A DNA stretch of 64,000 bases, taken from positions 32,001-96,000 of the forward strand of contig OZ223518.1 in NCBI GenBank assembly GCA_965140785.1, in the 5' to 3' direction. The notes beneath the pieces were generated by a model. It searched no databases and was not told the origin of the DNA. It saw nothing but the letters and a program-made list of their open reading frames with translations. Each line of letters starts with the position of its first letter. Positions within the stretch are counted from its first letter, which is position 1. Shown here piece by piece: positions 1 through 8,739 of the stretch. Source of the DNA: an uncultured Ruficoccus sp. (lineage in GTDB: Bacteria > Verrucomicrobiota > Verrucomicrobiia > Opitutales > Cerasicoccaceae). The position numbers were made by a program, and so were the translations under genes.

Positions 1-161
1 AGGCGCTCGGGATGAAGGACAAGCTCTCCGGCCTGGGCACCGAGGAGGCTTGCGAACTGCTCGGCTCCAACGGCAACCTGGTCAAGCGGCCCTTCCTCAT
101 CGGCGACGGCGTGGCGCTGGTCGGCTTTAACGAAGCCGTCTGGGAAAAGACGCTCGGCTAA
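1..161 (+). CDS. ArsC/Spx/YffB-family reductase, 3' end (truncated by window)
   Basis: Frame reads ...ALGMKDKL...LLGSNGNLVKRPFLIGDGVALVGFNEAVWEKTLG*; the LVKRP...VGF motif is typical of the family. Confidence 0.8.
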   Translation, partial: ALGMKDKLSGLGTEEACELLGSNGNLVKRPFLIGDGVALVGFNEAVWEKTLG

Positions 162-242
162 CGCGGCCAATGCTCTCGCTCGATCGCTTTAAATGATATC
201 ATAGCAGCCCTCTCTTTGCAGGGTCGAACGGCTTTTGTTTTT

Positions 243-337
243 AACCACAGAGACACAAAGGACACAGAGGATGAAAAGGACTCACCTTTTGTGTCTGTTC
301 GCGGCCAAATGACTTATGTCAGGAACCAGGCTAACAC
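243..337 (+). repeat. Degenerate 9-mer (CACAGAG-type) inverted-arm element, homologous to 13793-13956
   Basis: aaccacagagacacaaaggacacagagg...ttttgtgtctgttcgcggcc...gaaccaggctaaca; 3' part aligns with 13900-13947. Confidence 0.6.
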
Positions 338-346
338 GAAAGTGCT

Positions 347-811
347 CTAGGAGGTGGCTTCCAGTTCCTCGACCAGGCGCTTGAGCCGGTGGAGGTAGCG
401 TTCGCCCTGCGGGTGGCCGGTGGCCATGATGAAGCGGATGAGCCAGCGCAGGTACCACGGGATCATCCGGTCCGGGAGCTCGATGGTTTGCGTGAGGTGA
501 ATGCCCCGACGGGTGGACTTGAGGGTGAAACTCAGGCTGGTGCCCTCGAGGCGGTCATTGTCCGGGTGTGCCATGCGCCAGGTCAGGCGGGTGGGCGGTT
601 CATAGTCGCTGAGAGTCTGTTCGCACCACAGCTCCCGTCTGCCCATGCGGTAGCAGGCGCGGATGCGGGCGCCTTCTCCGCTGGTGGGACCGTCCAGCGG
701 CTCCCAGGCGATGAGCTTTGAGCTCCATTCCTCCATCAGGGCCGGGTCTTCCAGAAACAGCCAGACCGCCTCCGGTCGTGCCTGAATGGTGATGGATTCC
801 CGTAGCTTCAC
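347..811 (-). CDS. SRPBCC (polyketide cyclase/START-like) family protein
   Basis: N-terminal SITIQARPEAVWLFLEDP..W and C-terminal helix LHRLKRLVE. Confidence 0.8.
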   Translation of the reverse strand: MKLRESITIQARPEAVWLFLEDPALMEEWSSKLIAWEPLDGPTSGEGARIRACYRMGRRELWCEQTLSDYEPPTRLTWRMAHPDNDRLEGTSLSFTLKSTRRGIHLTQTIELPDRMIPWYLRWLIRFIMATGHPQGERYLHRLKRLVEELEATS

Positions 812-894
812 GCAGACTATTCATAACGAGTACGAAGTTCAGTGGCCATTCCAGAATTCATGGAGGGTGCTTATGCTTTGGATCAAAAGGGGTA

Positions 895-929
895 ATGATT
901 CAAAAAAATCATCATGTCATCGATGTCAT
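895..929. promoter_or_regulatory. Candidate operator in the divergent promoter region
   Basis: Inverted repeat ATGATT-N6-AATCAT followed by direct repeat ATGTCAT x2 in an AT-rich intergenic region. Confidence 0.3.
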
Positions 930-1129
930 ATTATTTATGGCTTTGACCACAGCAGAATGATCGTCACAGTCGTCGGAGTCTCTTTTGGCTGAGGGGAGGC
1001 GCCTAATTCCGCGGTAAAGGGAATTGATGCAGAGATGAACCCGTCTCGCATTATCTTGCTTTGCCGTGGGCGCACATATGAATCGTTCCCTCGCCAGTCT
1101 TTTGGCAGGGGGGAGCTTTATCACGACCC

Positions 1130-3259
1130 ATGCATATAATAGACTGGATATTTGTTTTCACGCCGTTGCTGATCGTGTTCGGGATCGGGGCTTTAACGCA
1201 GAAGTACATGCGCAGTGTGGCGGACTTCATGTCCGGCGGGCGTGTGGCCGGACGCTACCTGCTGGCGGTGTCCAAGGGAGAAATGCAGGCCGGCGCGGTG
1301 GTATTCGCGGCGGTCTTTGAAGTGATCGCGCGGGCGGGTTTTACCTGGACCTGGTGGCAGTGGATTAACATCCCGGTGGGGCTGATTGTGGCCACAACCG
1401 GGTTTGTGGTTTACCGCTACCGCGAGACGCGGGCGATGACGCTGGCGCAGTTTTTTGAAATCCGCTACAGCAAGCGCTTCCGTGTGTTCACGGGCTTCCT
1501 GGGCTTTTTCGCCGGACTGGTGAACTTCGGGATCATCCCGGTGATCGGGGCGCGGTTTATCACGTCCTTTCTGGGGCTGCCTCCGGTTCTTTGTCAGTTT
1601 GATCCCAACATCGATATCAATCTGTATCTGTTCAGTATTCACATCGGTGAAATCATCATCGGCACGCACCTGCTGGTGATGGCCGTGCTGTTGTCGATCA
1701 CGCTGTTTCTGACGCTGGCCGGCGGGCAGATCACCGTCATGGTGACGGACTGCCTGGAGGGGATGCTCTCGCAGATTCTTTACCTGGTCATCATCGGCTG
1801 CCTGCTGTACATGTTCAGTTGGGCTGAGATTACGGACGTGCTCACGGCCCGCCCTCCGGGCCAGTCGATGCTCAACCCCTTCGACTCGATGGGGCTGGAG
1901 GACTTTAATCTGTGGTATGTGCTGATGGCGGCCTGTTTCAGTGTGTACGGGACGATGGCTTGGCAGAACCAGAGCGCCTACAACTCGGCGGGCCTGACCC
2001 CGCACGAGAACCGGATGGGCAACATCCTCGGGCGCTGGCGCGAATACGGCAAGCAGGCGCTGCTGTACCTGCTGGCCATGTGCGCGCTGACCTACCTGCT
2101 GCATCCGGACTTCGCCGAGCAGGCCAAGAGCGTGATGGGTGCGCTGTCACAGATCCCCGGGGAGCGCTCTCAGGAGCAGATGCGGATCCCCATGGCGGTC
2201 TCCTACATGCTGCCCGTCGGGGTCAAGGGCGCCTTCTGCGCGATTCTGATCATGGGCATCTTCGGGGGTGACTCGACCCACCTGCACTCCTGGGGGAGCC
2301 TTTTCATCCAGGACGTGCTGGTGCCGCTGCGCAAGCGACCCTTCGGGCCCAAACAGCACATCAAGGTGCTGCGTCGCTCGATCACCGGCGTGGCTATCTT
2401 TGTCTTTATTTTCGGGGCGCTGTTTCCCCAGACGGAGTTTATCATCATGTGGTGGGTGATCACCATGGCCATCTATGTCGGGGGGGCCGGGGCGGTCATC
2501 ATCGGCGGGCTGTATTGGAAAAAAGGTACCACCGCCGCCGCCTGGACGGCGCTCATCACCGGCTCGGGCCTGAGCGTGGGCGGGATCATCACCCGGATGA
2601 TTTTTGTGAAGGTGTTGGAGAGAGATTTTCCGCTCAACGGCATGGAGATCAGCTTCTACTCGTGTATCATCGCCATGACGCTCTACGTGTTGGTTTCCTT
2701 GCTGACGTGCAAGGAAGACTTTAACATGGACCGCATGCTCCACCGCGGCAAATACGCCAAGGTGACCGCAGCCCTGGGCGACCCGCGTCCGCCCGAGCCC
2801 AATCGGCCCCGCAGCCTGTTCGCGCGCGCGGTGGGCATCGACAAGAACTTCAGCAAAACCGACAAGGTGATCGCCTACGGGCTGCTCGGCTGGGGGCTGT
2901 TCTGGTTCTCGGTCTTCATCGTGGGCACGGCGTGGAATCTCCTGCCGCGAATCCAGTTCTTCGCTGACCTGGGGCTGGAGCCCTGGTCGGAAGAGACCTG
3001 GAAAACGTTCTGGCACGTGGCGGGGATCGGCATCCCGGTCTTCATGTCGCTGCTGACAGCGGTGTGGTTCACCTGGGGCGGCACGCGGGACATCTTCCGG
3101 CTCTTCAAGCACCTCAAGTCCGAGGTCGTAAACGAGCTCGACGACGGCACCGTCGTCGGCCACCAGAACCTCGACGACGCCGTTATCACCCACGACCCCG
3201 ACGGCGCTCAGCAGGACGACAAAATCCACCCCGACCAGCTGCCGGAGAATAGGAAATAA
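1130..3259 (+). CDS. Sodium:solute symporter (SSS) family transporter
   Basis: 709 aa, many TM helices, motifs DFMSGGR and TLAQFFEIRYSK. Confidence 0.85.
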   Translation: MHIIDWIFVFTPLLIVFGIGALTQKYMRSVADFMSGGRVAGRYLLAVSKGEMQAGAVVFAAVFEVIARAGFTWTWWQWINIPVGLIVATTGFVVYRYRETRAMTLAQFFEIRYSKRFRVFTGFLGFFAGLVNFGIIPVIGARFITSFLGLPPVLCQFDPNIDINLYLFSIHIGEIIIGTHLLVMAVLLSITLFLTLAGGQITVMVTDCLEGMLSQILYLVIIGCLLYMFSWAEITDVLTARPPGQSMLNPFDSMGLEDFNLWYVLMAACFSVYGTMAWQNQSAYNSAGLTPHENRMGNILGRWREYGKQALLYLLAMCALTYLLHPDFAEQAKSVMGALSQIPGERSQEQMRIPMAVSYMLPVGVKGAFCAILIMGIFGGDSTHLHSWGSLFIQDVLVPLRKRPFGPKQHIKVLRRSITGVAIFVFIFGALFPQTEFIIMWWVITMAIYVGGAGAVIIGGLYWKKGTTAAAWTALITGSGLSVGGIITRMIFVKVLERDFPLNGMEISFYSCIIAMTLYVLVSLLTCKEDFNMDRMLHRGKYAKVTAALGDPRPPEPNRPRSLFARAVGIDKNFSKTDKVIAYGLLGWGLFWFSVFIVGTAWNLLPRIQFFADLGLEPWSEETWKTFWHVAGIGIPVFMSLLTAVWFTWGGTRDIFRLFKHLKSEVVNELDDGTVVGHQNLDDAVITHDPDGAQQDDKIHPDQLPENRK

Positions 3260-3310
3260 GCCGCCTGCGGCCCACCAGAACCGGCGCTTTTGCGCGGCCC
3301 GGATTTTACC

Positions 3311-3339
3311 AAGCCATGCTCTTCGGAGCATGGCTTTTT
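3311..3339 (+). terminator. Rho-independent terminator
   Basis: aagccatgctc-TTCG-gagcatggctt followed by a T-run. Confidence 0.8.
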
Positions 3340-3412
3340 GCTGGAGCGTGGAGGAGGGGAGGTGAAGGTGGTTTGAGGTTGTGGCCCCGTTCGTTTCCTT
3401 TTACGTAAGGAC

Positions 3413-3847
3413 ATGAAGCTTGCCTCTTGCTGTGCGTCACTTGCCGTTTTTCTGGGTACTTGTTTGCTGTTCGCGGAAAGTGAGAATTCCGCCATCTCTT
3501 TCTCGTCGCCAACGGCTATCTTGCAGGGCAGTGAACCCGGGCCGGCCGAGCGGGCATGGAATCGTTTGCCGGCTCAGAAGCGGCAGGCTATTGAACAAGC
3601 ACTGTTATTGCGACTTGGCCTGTCCAGTACTGGCAGGATCGTGACCCTCGGGTGCTATACCTTGCCGCAGGCCTGTGAACTTGGGGAAAAGGGTGATCCT
3701 GTCTTTCATTTTATGCAGGAAGACCTTCAGGGGCGTCGCTTCGTATGGGCCTGCTTACTCAATAGCCAAGCAATGAAAATACAAGTCCTCTATCGGGTGA
3801 ACGATGCGGACGCATTTGGGCAGATCCTGAATATTGCGTCGAAATAG
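3413..3847 (+). CDS. Hypothetical secreted protein (AT-richer than flanks)
   Basis: 144-aa ORF with signal-peptide-like N terminus, next to the tRNA 3' end. Confidence 0.6.
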   Translation: MKLASCCASLAVFLGTCLLFAESENSAISFSSPTAILQGSEPGPAERAWNRLPAQKRQAIEQALLLRLGLSSTGRIVTLGCYTLPQACELGEKGDPVFHFMQEDLQGRRFVWACLLNSQAMKIQVLYRVNDADAFGQILNIASK

Positions 3848-3886
3848 TGACAGCATTGCATCACACCCGGTCCTTCAGTGGGGAAG

Positions 3887-3963
3887 TGGTGGGAGTAACT
3901 GGGCTCGAACCAGTGACCTCATCCATGTCAAGGATGCGCTCTAGCCAACTGAGCTATACCCCC
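3887..3963 (-). tRNA. tRNA-Val(GAC)
   Basis: Reverse complement GGGGGTATAGCTCAGTTGGCTAGAGCGCATCCTTGACATGGATGAGGTCACTGGTTCGAGCCCAGTTACTCCCACCA: cloverleaf, anticodon GAC, encoded CCA. Confidence 0.95.
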
Positions 3964-4161
3964 ACTGAAGAGAAGGTATTGAACGAATAGATTTTATTTG
4001 GGCTGGCAAGGGAATTTTTCGCTAAATTTTCCGTGGCGAAGCGGGTGCGATGCAGCTCGAAAGAGCCGCTCGGGTGGCTGCGGAAGGCAAAATCGCGATT
4101 GGAAGAGCTCGGGGCGCAGAAACGGCTTTTCTCCGGGCGGGATTTTGCGCAACCTCAGGGC

Positions 4162-5820
4162 ATGCTCGAAGAACTGCATATCCGCGACCTGGCCTTGATG
4201 GACGAGGCGGTGTTGGAGTTCGAGCCCGGCTACACCGCAGTGACCGGGGAGACCGGCGCGGGAAAGAGCGTTCTGCTCGGTGCGCTCTCGCTGCTGGCGG
4301 GCAATCGGGCCGAGAAGACCGTGATCCGCCAGGGGCAGGAGGCCTGCGAGGTGGCCGCGACGCTGCATTTCGCCCAACCGGAGCGGATCGACGCCGTGCT
4401 GGAGGAGCTGGACCTGCCGCTTTGCGAGGAGGGGGCGCTCGTGCTGCGCCGGGTGATCCACCGGCAGCGGGCGGCCAAGGTACAGGTCAACGGGGCGCTG
4501 GCCACGCTGGCCGCGCTTCAGGAACTGGGCGGGCACTGGATCGATTTTCACGGCCCCGGCGAGCCGCAGAAGCTCTTTAAGGCGCGGCACCAGCTCGCCA
4601 TGCTCGATGCCTTCGCCGGGCTGGCCGACGAGCTTGAAGCCTACGGCGTCGGCTACGCGGAGTGGCAGGGCCTGCTCAAGCAGGCTGAGGATCTGCGCAC
4701 GGCGGACCGGCTGGACGCGGACGAGCAGGAATTTCTCTCCCGCCAGATCGCCAAGATCGATCAGGTGGAGGCGTCGGAGGAATCCATCGCCGAGCTTGAG
4801 CGGGACTTTCAGCGCCTGGACCGGGCGCAGGAGTTGACCGAACTGGCCGGGCAACTGGAGGCCGGTTTGACGGGCGACGAGGGCGTGGCCGCTCAGCTCG
4901 GCCCGATGCAGCGGGCGGCGTACGAGCTGGCCCAGCTCGACGAGGAGGCCGCGGCCCTGGCCAATCGCCTGGAGGCCGCCATCATTGAGCTTCAGGACCT
5001 GGGCGGGGAATTTGCCCTGCTGGCCGGTCAGGCGGACTTCGAACCGGAAGCGGCGGAGGCCCTGCAGGCACGGATGGCGACCTGGCTCGAGATCAAGCGC
5101 AAGTACGGCCCCACGGCGGAAGAAGTTCTTGTCCGGCGCGAGGAAATGGCCGCGCGGCTGGCGTCCCAGTCCGATATCGAGGGCACATTGACCCGGCTGG
5201 CCGCTGAGGCTGCGGCTAAAGAAAAGACTTTGCGCAAGCTCGCCGCCGCGCTGACTAAAAAACGCGAAGTAGCGGCCAAGACCCTGAGCACCGAGGTGCG
5301 TACGCTGCTCAAGCGGCTGGGGTTCAAGAAAGCGGGCTTCGAGATCGACGTGCGCACCAGCAAGGAGCTTGGGCCCTTCGGCGATTCCGGGTGCGAGTAT
5401 CTGTTCTCCGCCAATGCGGGGCAGGAACTGCTGCCGCTCAACCGCATCGCCTCCAGTGGCGAGACCGCCCGCGTCATGCTGGCGCTCAAGGCCGTGCTGG
5501 CCCGGGCGGACCACACGCCGTTGCTGGTTTTCGACGAGGTCGATGCCAATGTCGGGGGTGAGATCGGGGCCGAGGTCGGGCGCGAATTGGCGGCGCTGGC
5601 CGGGGAACATCAGGTGCTGTGCGTGACGCACCTGCCGCAGGTGGCGGCGCGGGCACGCCAGCACTATGTCGTGACCAAGTCGCAGCAGGAGGATGCCACC
5701 ACTGTATCCATTCAGCCACTACACGCCGATACCCCCGCCCGCGAGGAAGAGTTGGCCCGCATGCTGGGCGACCGCAAGTCGGCCTCCGCCCGCGAGCATG
5801 CGCGTTCGCTTCTGCAATAA
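4162..5820 (+). CDS. recN: DNA repair protein RecN
   Basis: MLEELHIRD start, Walker A TGETGAGKS, signature ASSGE, Walker B VFDEVD, CVTHLPQVAA. Confidence 0.95.
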   Translation: MLEELHIRDLALMDEAVLEFEPGYTAVTGETGAGKSVLLGALSLLAGNRAEKTVIRQGQEACEVAATLHFAQPERIDAVLEELDLPLCEEGALVLRRVIHRQRAAKVQVNGALATLAALQELGGHWIDFHGPGEPQKLFKARHQLAMLDAFAGLADELEAYGVGYAEWQGLLKQAEDLRTADRLDADEQEFLSRQIAKIDQVEASEESIAELERDFQRLDRAQELTELAGQLEAGLTGDEGVAAQLGPMQRAAYELAQLDEEAAALANRLEAAIIELQDLGGEFALLAGQADFEPEAAEALQARMATWLEIKRKYGPTAEEVLVRREEMAARLASQSDIEGTLTRLAAEAAAKEKTLRKLAAALTKKREVAAKTLSTEVRTLLKRLGFKKAGFEIDVRTSKELGPFGDSGCEYLFSANAGQELLPLNRIASSGETARVMLALKAVLARADHTPLLVFDEVDANVGGEIGAEVGRELAALAGEHQVLCVTHLPQVAARARQHYVVTKSQQEDATTVSIQPLHADTPAREEELARMLGDRKSASAREHARSLLQ

Positions 5821-5949
5821 CGCCGAGCGGCTCGAAGCGCCTCGAACAAAAGAAAAGCGCGACCAATGGCCGCGCTGATGTTTTCCGGCCAGGCCGGATG
5901 AAAACGGGGAGGGTTCGAGAAGACTATATCACCGTTTATCGCAGCCGGC

Positions 5950-6177
5950 TCAGTCCGGCGTTTCCACATCCATGATGGGATTCTCGCCAGCTTCGGGAGC
6001 GTCCGCAGCCGGGTCGTCATATCCCAGATCCTCGTCCATGGTGTCCTGTTCCTGCTGGTTTTCGTAGCTCATGACGCGCTGGTCGGCAGCCGCTTCCTGA
6101 GGAGTGGTGGGCGCGCCAGTGCAACCGGCGAAGGCGGCGAGGGCGAGAAGGAGAAAGGCGTGGGCAAGGATTTTCAT
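5950..6177 (-). CDS. Small acidic lipoprotein (75 aa)
   Basis: Signal peptide with lipobox FAG-C; D/E/Q-rich mature part. Confidence 0.75.
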   Translation of the reverse strand: MKILAHAFLLLALAAFAGCTGAPTTPQEAAADQRVMSYENQQEQDTMDEDLGYDDPAADAPEAGENPIMDVETPD

Positions 6178-6278
6178 GTCTGGATCAGATTGGTAATTAT
6201 CCCATCAAGTTTCCGCAGGCTGACCAAAGGTTCCTGTCGGGGTCTGGGAGAGCAGGGAGGCGGTGGATGGCGCGGGGC

Positions 6279-6479
6279 TTAGTCCACTTGGTTTTCGACG
6301 CCGAGCGGATTTTCGTCCGAGGGGGCGTTGATGCTGCCGGCGCCTTCGTTCAGCGATTCCTGATAGGCTTCGGTGGAGCGGTCCATCTCGCTGGCGCGAG
6401 CTTCGGATTGGGGGGTGTTCTGGCAGCCGGCGAAAAAGAGCAGACCCAGGGAGAAGAAGACGGTGAGAGTGGTTTTCAT
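6279..6479 (-). CDS. Small acidic lipoprotein (66 aa)
   Basis: MKTTLTVFFSLGLLFFAG-C; GAGG Shine-Dalgarno-like sequence upstream. Confidence 0.75.
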   Translation of the reverse strand: MKTTLTVFFSLGLLFFAGCQNTPQSEARASEMDRSTEAYQESLNEGAGSINAPSDENPLGVENQVD

Positions 6480-6540
6480 GTCCTCTAGCTTAACCCGTTG
6501 TATGCCTCTGGCAATACAAATGAGAAGGGGATACAAGCTG

Positions 6541-6580
6541 TGCCGTGGCTATACTGCCGTGGCTATACTGCCGTGGCTAT
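6541..6580. repeat. 14-bp tandem repeat (TGCCGTGGCTATAC x2.9)
   Basis: Exact units at 6541 and 6555, partial unit at 6569. Confidence 0.9.
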
Positions 6581-6590
6581 GATGCCTCAG

Positions 6591-6779
6591 TCAGCGCGCG
6601 GGATGCACGGTCTGGTCGACCTCGCTGCGGACGGTTTGTTGCTCCTGCTGCTGGATCATCATCTGATTGGCGCGTTGCTCGGCTTCGTTGTCATCAGCGG
6701 TGGCGCTGGCCGATGGGCTGCTGCAACCGGCACAGGCGAACAGGAGGAGAGCCGGGAAAATCGGGAGTACGTTTTTCAT
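6591..6779 (-). CDS. Small Gln-rich lipoprotein (62 aa)
   Basis: MKNVLPIFPALLLFACAG-C lipobox. Confidence 0.7.
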   Translation of the reverse strand: MKNVLPIFPALLLFACAGCSSPSASATADDNEAEQRANQMMIQQQEQQTVRSEVDQTVHPAR

Positions 6780-6864
6780 GGGTGAAAAGGTAATCGCCGG
6801 GGTGGAACGGGCAACGCAAATTCGTGGCCGGACCGGGCGGGCCTACTCAGTCGTTTTCCCGCAA

Positions 6865-8739
6865 TCAAACTTGCGTTGCGGGGGTTGTTTTGGCGTTGGG
6901 GGCGGGGCGGGCGAGCCCGAGCGCGATCAGGCAGATCTGGCTGAGGATGAAGATCACGATCCAGAAGAACGCCTTGTCCATGAAGCCGTAGGAGTGCAGG
7001 CCGACGCCGAGCATGTTCGTCCCGAACCACGACCAGACCGTGACGATGTTGCCGAAAACGGCCAGCAGCATGAAGCCGCGCTCGCCGACGAGGCGACCGA
7101 CGCGGGCATGCAGCATGAGCGCACACCACAGCACGATGATGAGCGCGCCGTTCTCCTTCGGGTCCCAGCCCCAGAAACGGCCCCAGCTCTGATCGGCCCA
7201 GACGCCGCCGAGCATGGTACCGACGAAGGAGAAAAGCAGGGCAAAACAGGTGATGCCGTACACCATGCGGTAGAGGGAAGCGGCGGTCTCGCGGGGCAGG
7301 CCGCCCGTCGGCAGGCGGCGCAGGACATACACGATGGCCAGCACCCCGGCCAGGAAGGTGGCCGAGTAGCCGATGGTGATAATGACCACGTGAGTTGCCA
7401 GCCAGAAGTTCGAGTCGAGCACGGCCTGCATCATTCCCAGCGTGTCGCCGCTGAGGGCTAGGTTGTGGGCGATGATCAGCGTGACGAAGCCGATCAGCCC
7501 GGCGACGAAGCTGCCGATGCCGTTGCGGTAGATGCGCTCCAGAATGATCCCGAGCAGGACCGCGCCCCAGCCCACGAAAATGGCCGAGGAGTAGAGGTTG
7601 GTCACGGGCGGGCGACCCTGGATGTACATACGGGCGCCCAGCCCGAAGGTGTGCACGAGGAAGGCCAGCACGAGCAGCCAGAAGGCCGAGCGCTGAAACG
7701 CCTGCGGCAGGCACAGCCAACTGATGGCGGCCAGGAGGAAAATCATGACGTACAAAATACTGGCCCGGTAGAAGGGCTCGAAGGTGTTGAAAAACTCCTC
7801 GAAGCCGACATGGCCCATCGGGCTGACCGGGTCGAGCCGCTCGTGCAGCCCGGCCAGGGTTTCGTTAAAGCCTGTCGCGTCACCTTGCCGCCACTGGACG
7901 GTGAGCTTGCCGTAGTCTTCGATTACGGGGTTGATCTGGTCGGTGCTGATGGTCAGCAGCAGGCCTTCGCCGAGGTTGAGCCAGTCATTGACCTCCTTAT
8001 CCGTCTCGGTCATTGGCGGGACGATGCCGAGGTCGCCGATGCGGGAGAGCTGGAGGTAGCGATTGGTCAGAAAGGTGAAACGCTCGAAGTCCTCCTTGTT
8101 GTAAGGCTTGTCCTGATCGCTGAGGCTGACGGCCTCGCGACCGGGGCCGACGATGCGCTCCCAGGCGCCGTACTCGAGCAGGAGCTGGTCGAGGTTGCCG
8201 CCGGGCTGGAGCGAGCGCGAGAGCAGGTCGTAGCGGGTGAGGGCGTTGGTGAGCTTGAGGAGCTGGCGCTCGTACACGCTGCGCAACTGGGGCTCGGGGT
8301 TGATCTGCGCACTCATCTCCTGAATGGTTTTAAAGTGCGGGCGCAGGTCGTCGAAGGAGAAGTACTTACGGTCGGCCTGCTGCCAGCCGAAGAGGCCGAG
8401 GACCTGCGGGTTGTCGATGCGGAAGACCGACATCTTGTCCGCGGCCACGGGGTTGAAGGACAGCTCCATGAACCAGGCGATGGCGCTGATCTTGCCGCCG
8501 TCGGCCAGCCGGGCGCTCTGGCGGCCACCGAGCAGGCGCAGGCTGTTGCGGGCGACCGAGTCCAGCGGCAGGACGCGCCCGCCCGACTGCACGGGCAGCT
8601 CGGCGAAGCTCTTGACATCGAACTCGGAGCTGTACCGCGGCGGCATCAGCCCGCGGCCCACGATGAGCAGGCCGACGATAGGAATGAGCCTGATGGAGAT
8701 GCTGAAGAGCAGACTGAGGAACGCGATAACCTGTTTCAT
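6865..8739 (-). CDS. ccsA: Cytochrome c biogenesis system II heme lyase, CcsA-like with large periplasmic domain
   Basis: WWD motif WADQSWGRFWGWDPKE and conserved His residues; ATG at 8739 overlaps the upstream stop (ATGA). Confidence 0.9.
   Translation of the reverse strand: MKQVIAFLSLLFSISIRLIPIVGLLIVGRGLMPPRYSSEFDVKSFAELPVQSGGRVLPLDSVARNSLRLLGGRQSARLADGGKISAIAWFMELSFNPVAADKMSVFRIDNPQVLGLFGWQQADRKYFSFDDLRPHFKTIQEMSAQINPEPQLRSVYERQLLKLTNALTRYDLLSRSLQPGGNLDQLLLEYGAWERIVGPGREAVSLSDQDKPYNKEDFERFTFLTNRYLQLSRIGDLGIVPPMTETDKEVNDWLNLGEGLLLTISTDQINPVIEDYGKLTVQWRQGDATGFNETLAGLHERLDPVSPMGHVGFEEFFNTFEPFYRASILYVMIFLLAAISWLCLPQAFQRSAFWLLVLAFLVHTFGLGARMYIQGRPPVTNLYSSAIFVGWGAVLLGIILERIYRNGIGSFVAGLIGFVTLIIAHNLALSGDTLGMMQAVLDSNFWLATHVVIITIGYSATFLAGVLAIVYVLRRLPTGGLPRETAASLYRMVYGITCFALLFSFVGTMLGGVWADQSWGRFWGWDPKENGALIIVLWCALMLHARVGRLVGERGFMLLAVFGNIVTVWSWFGTNMLGVGLHSYGFMDKAFFWIVIFILSQICLIALGLARPAPNAKTTPATQV

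Noticed and set aside
3413..3963. Integrative element at tRNA-Val
   Set aside because: No integrase and no direct repeat of the tRNA 3' end seen in the window.
3994..5664. Long antisense ORFs (e.g. 3994-5664, 7465-8835, 14089-15426, 29659-31221, 58079-59473, 59760-61247)
   Set aside because: They are shadows of recognisable genes on the opposite strand, expected from GC3 bias, and show no motifs.
5950..6779. Small lipoproteins as RiPP precursors or c-type cytochromes
   Set aside because: No modifying enzymes nearby, no CxxCH motifs, and clear lipoprotein signal peptides.
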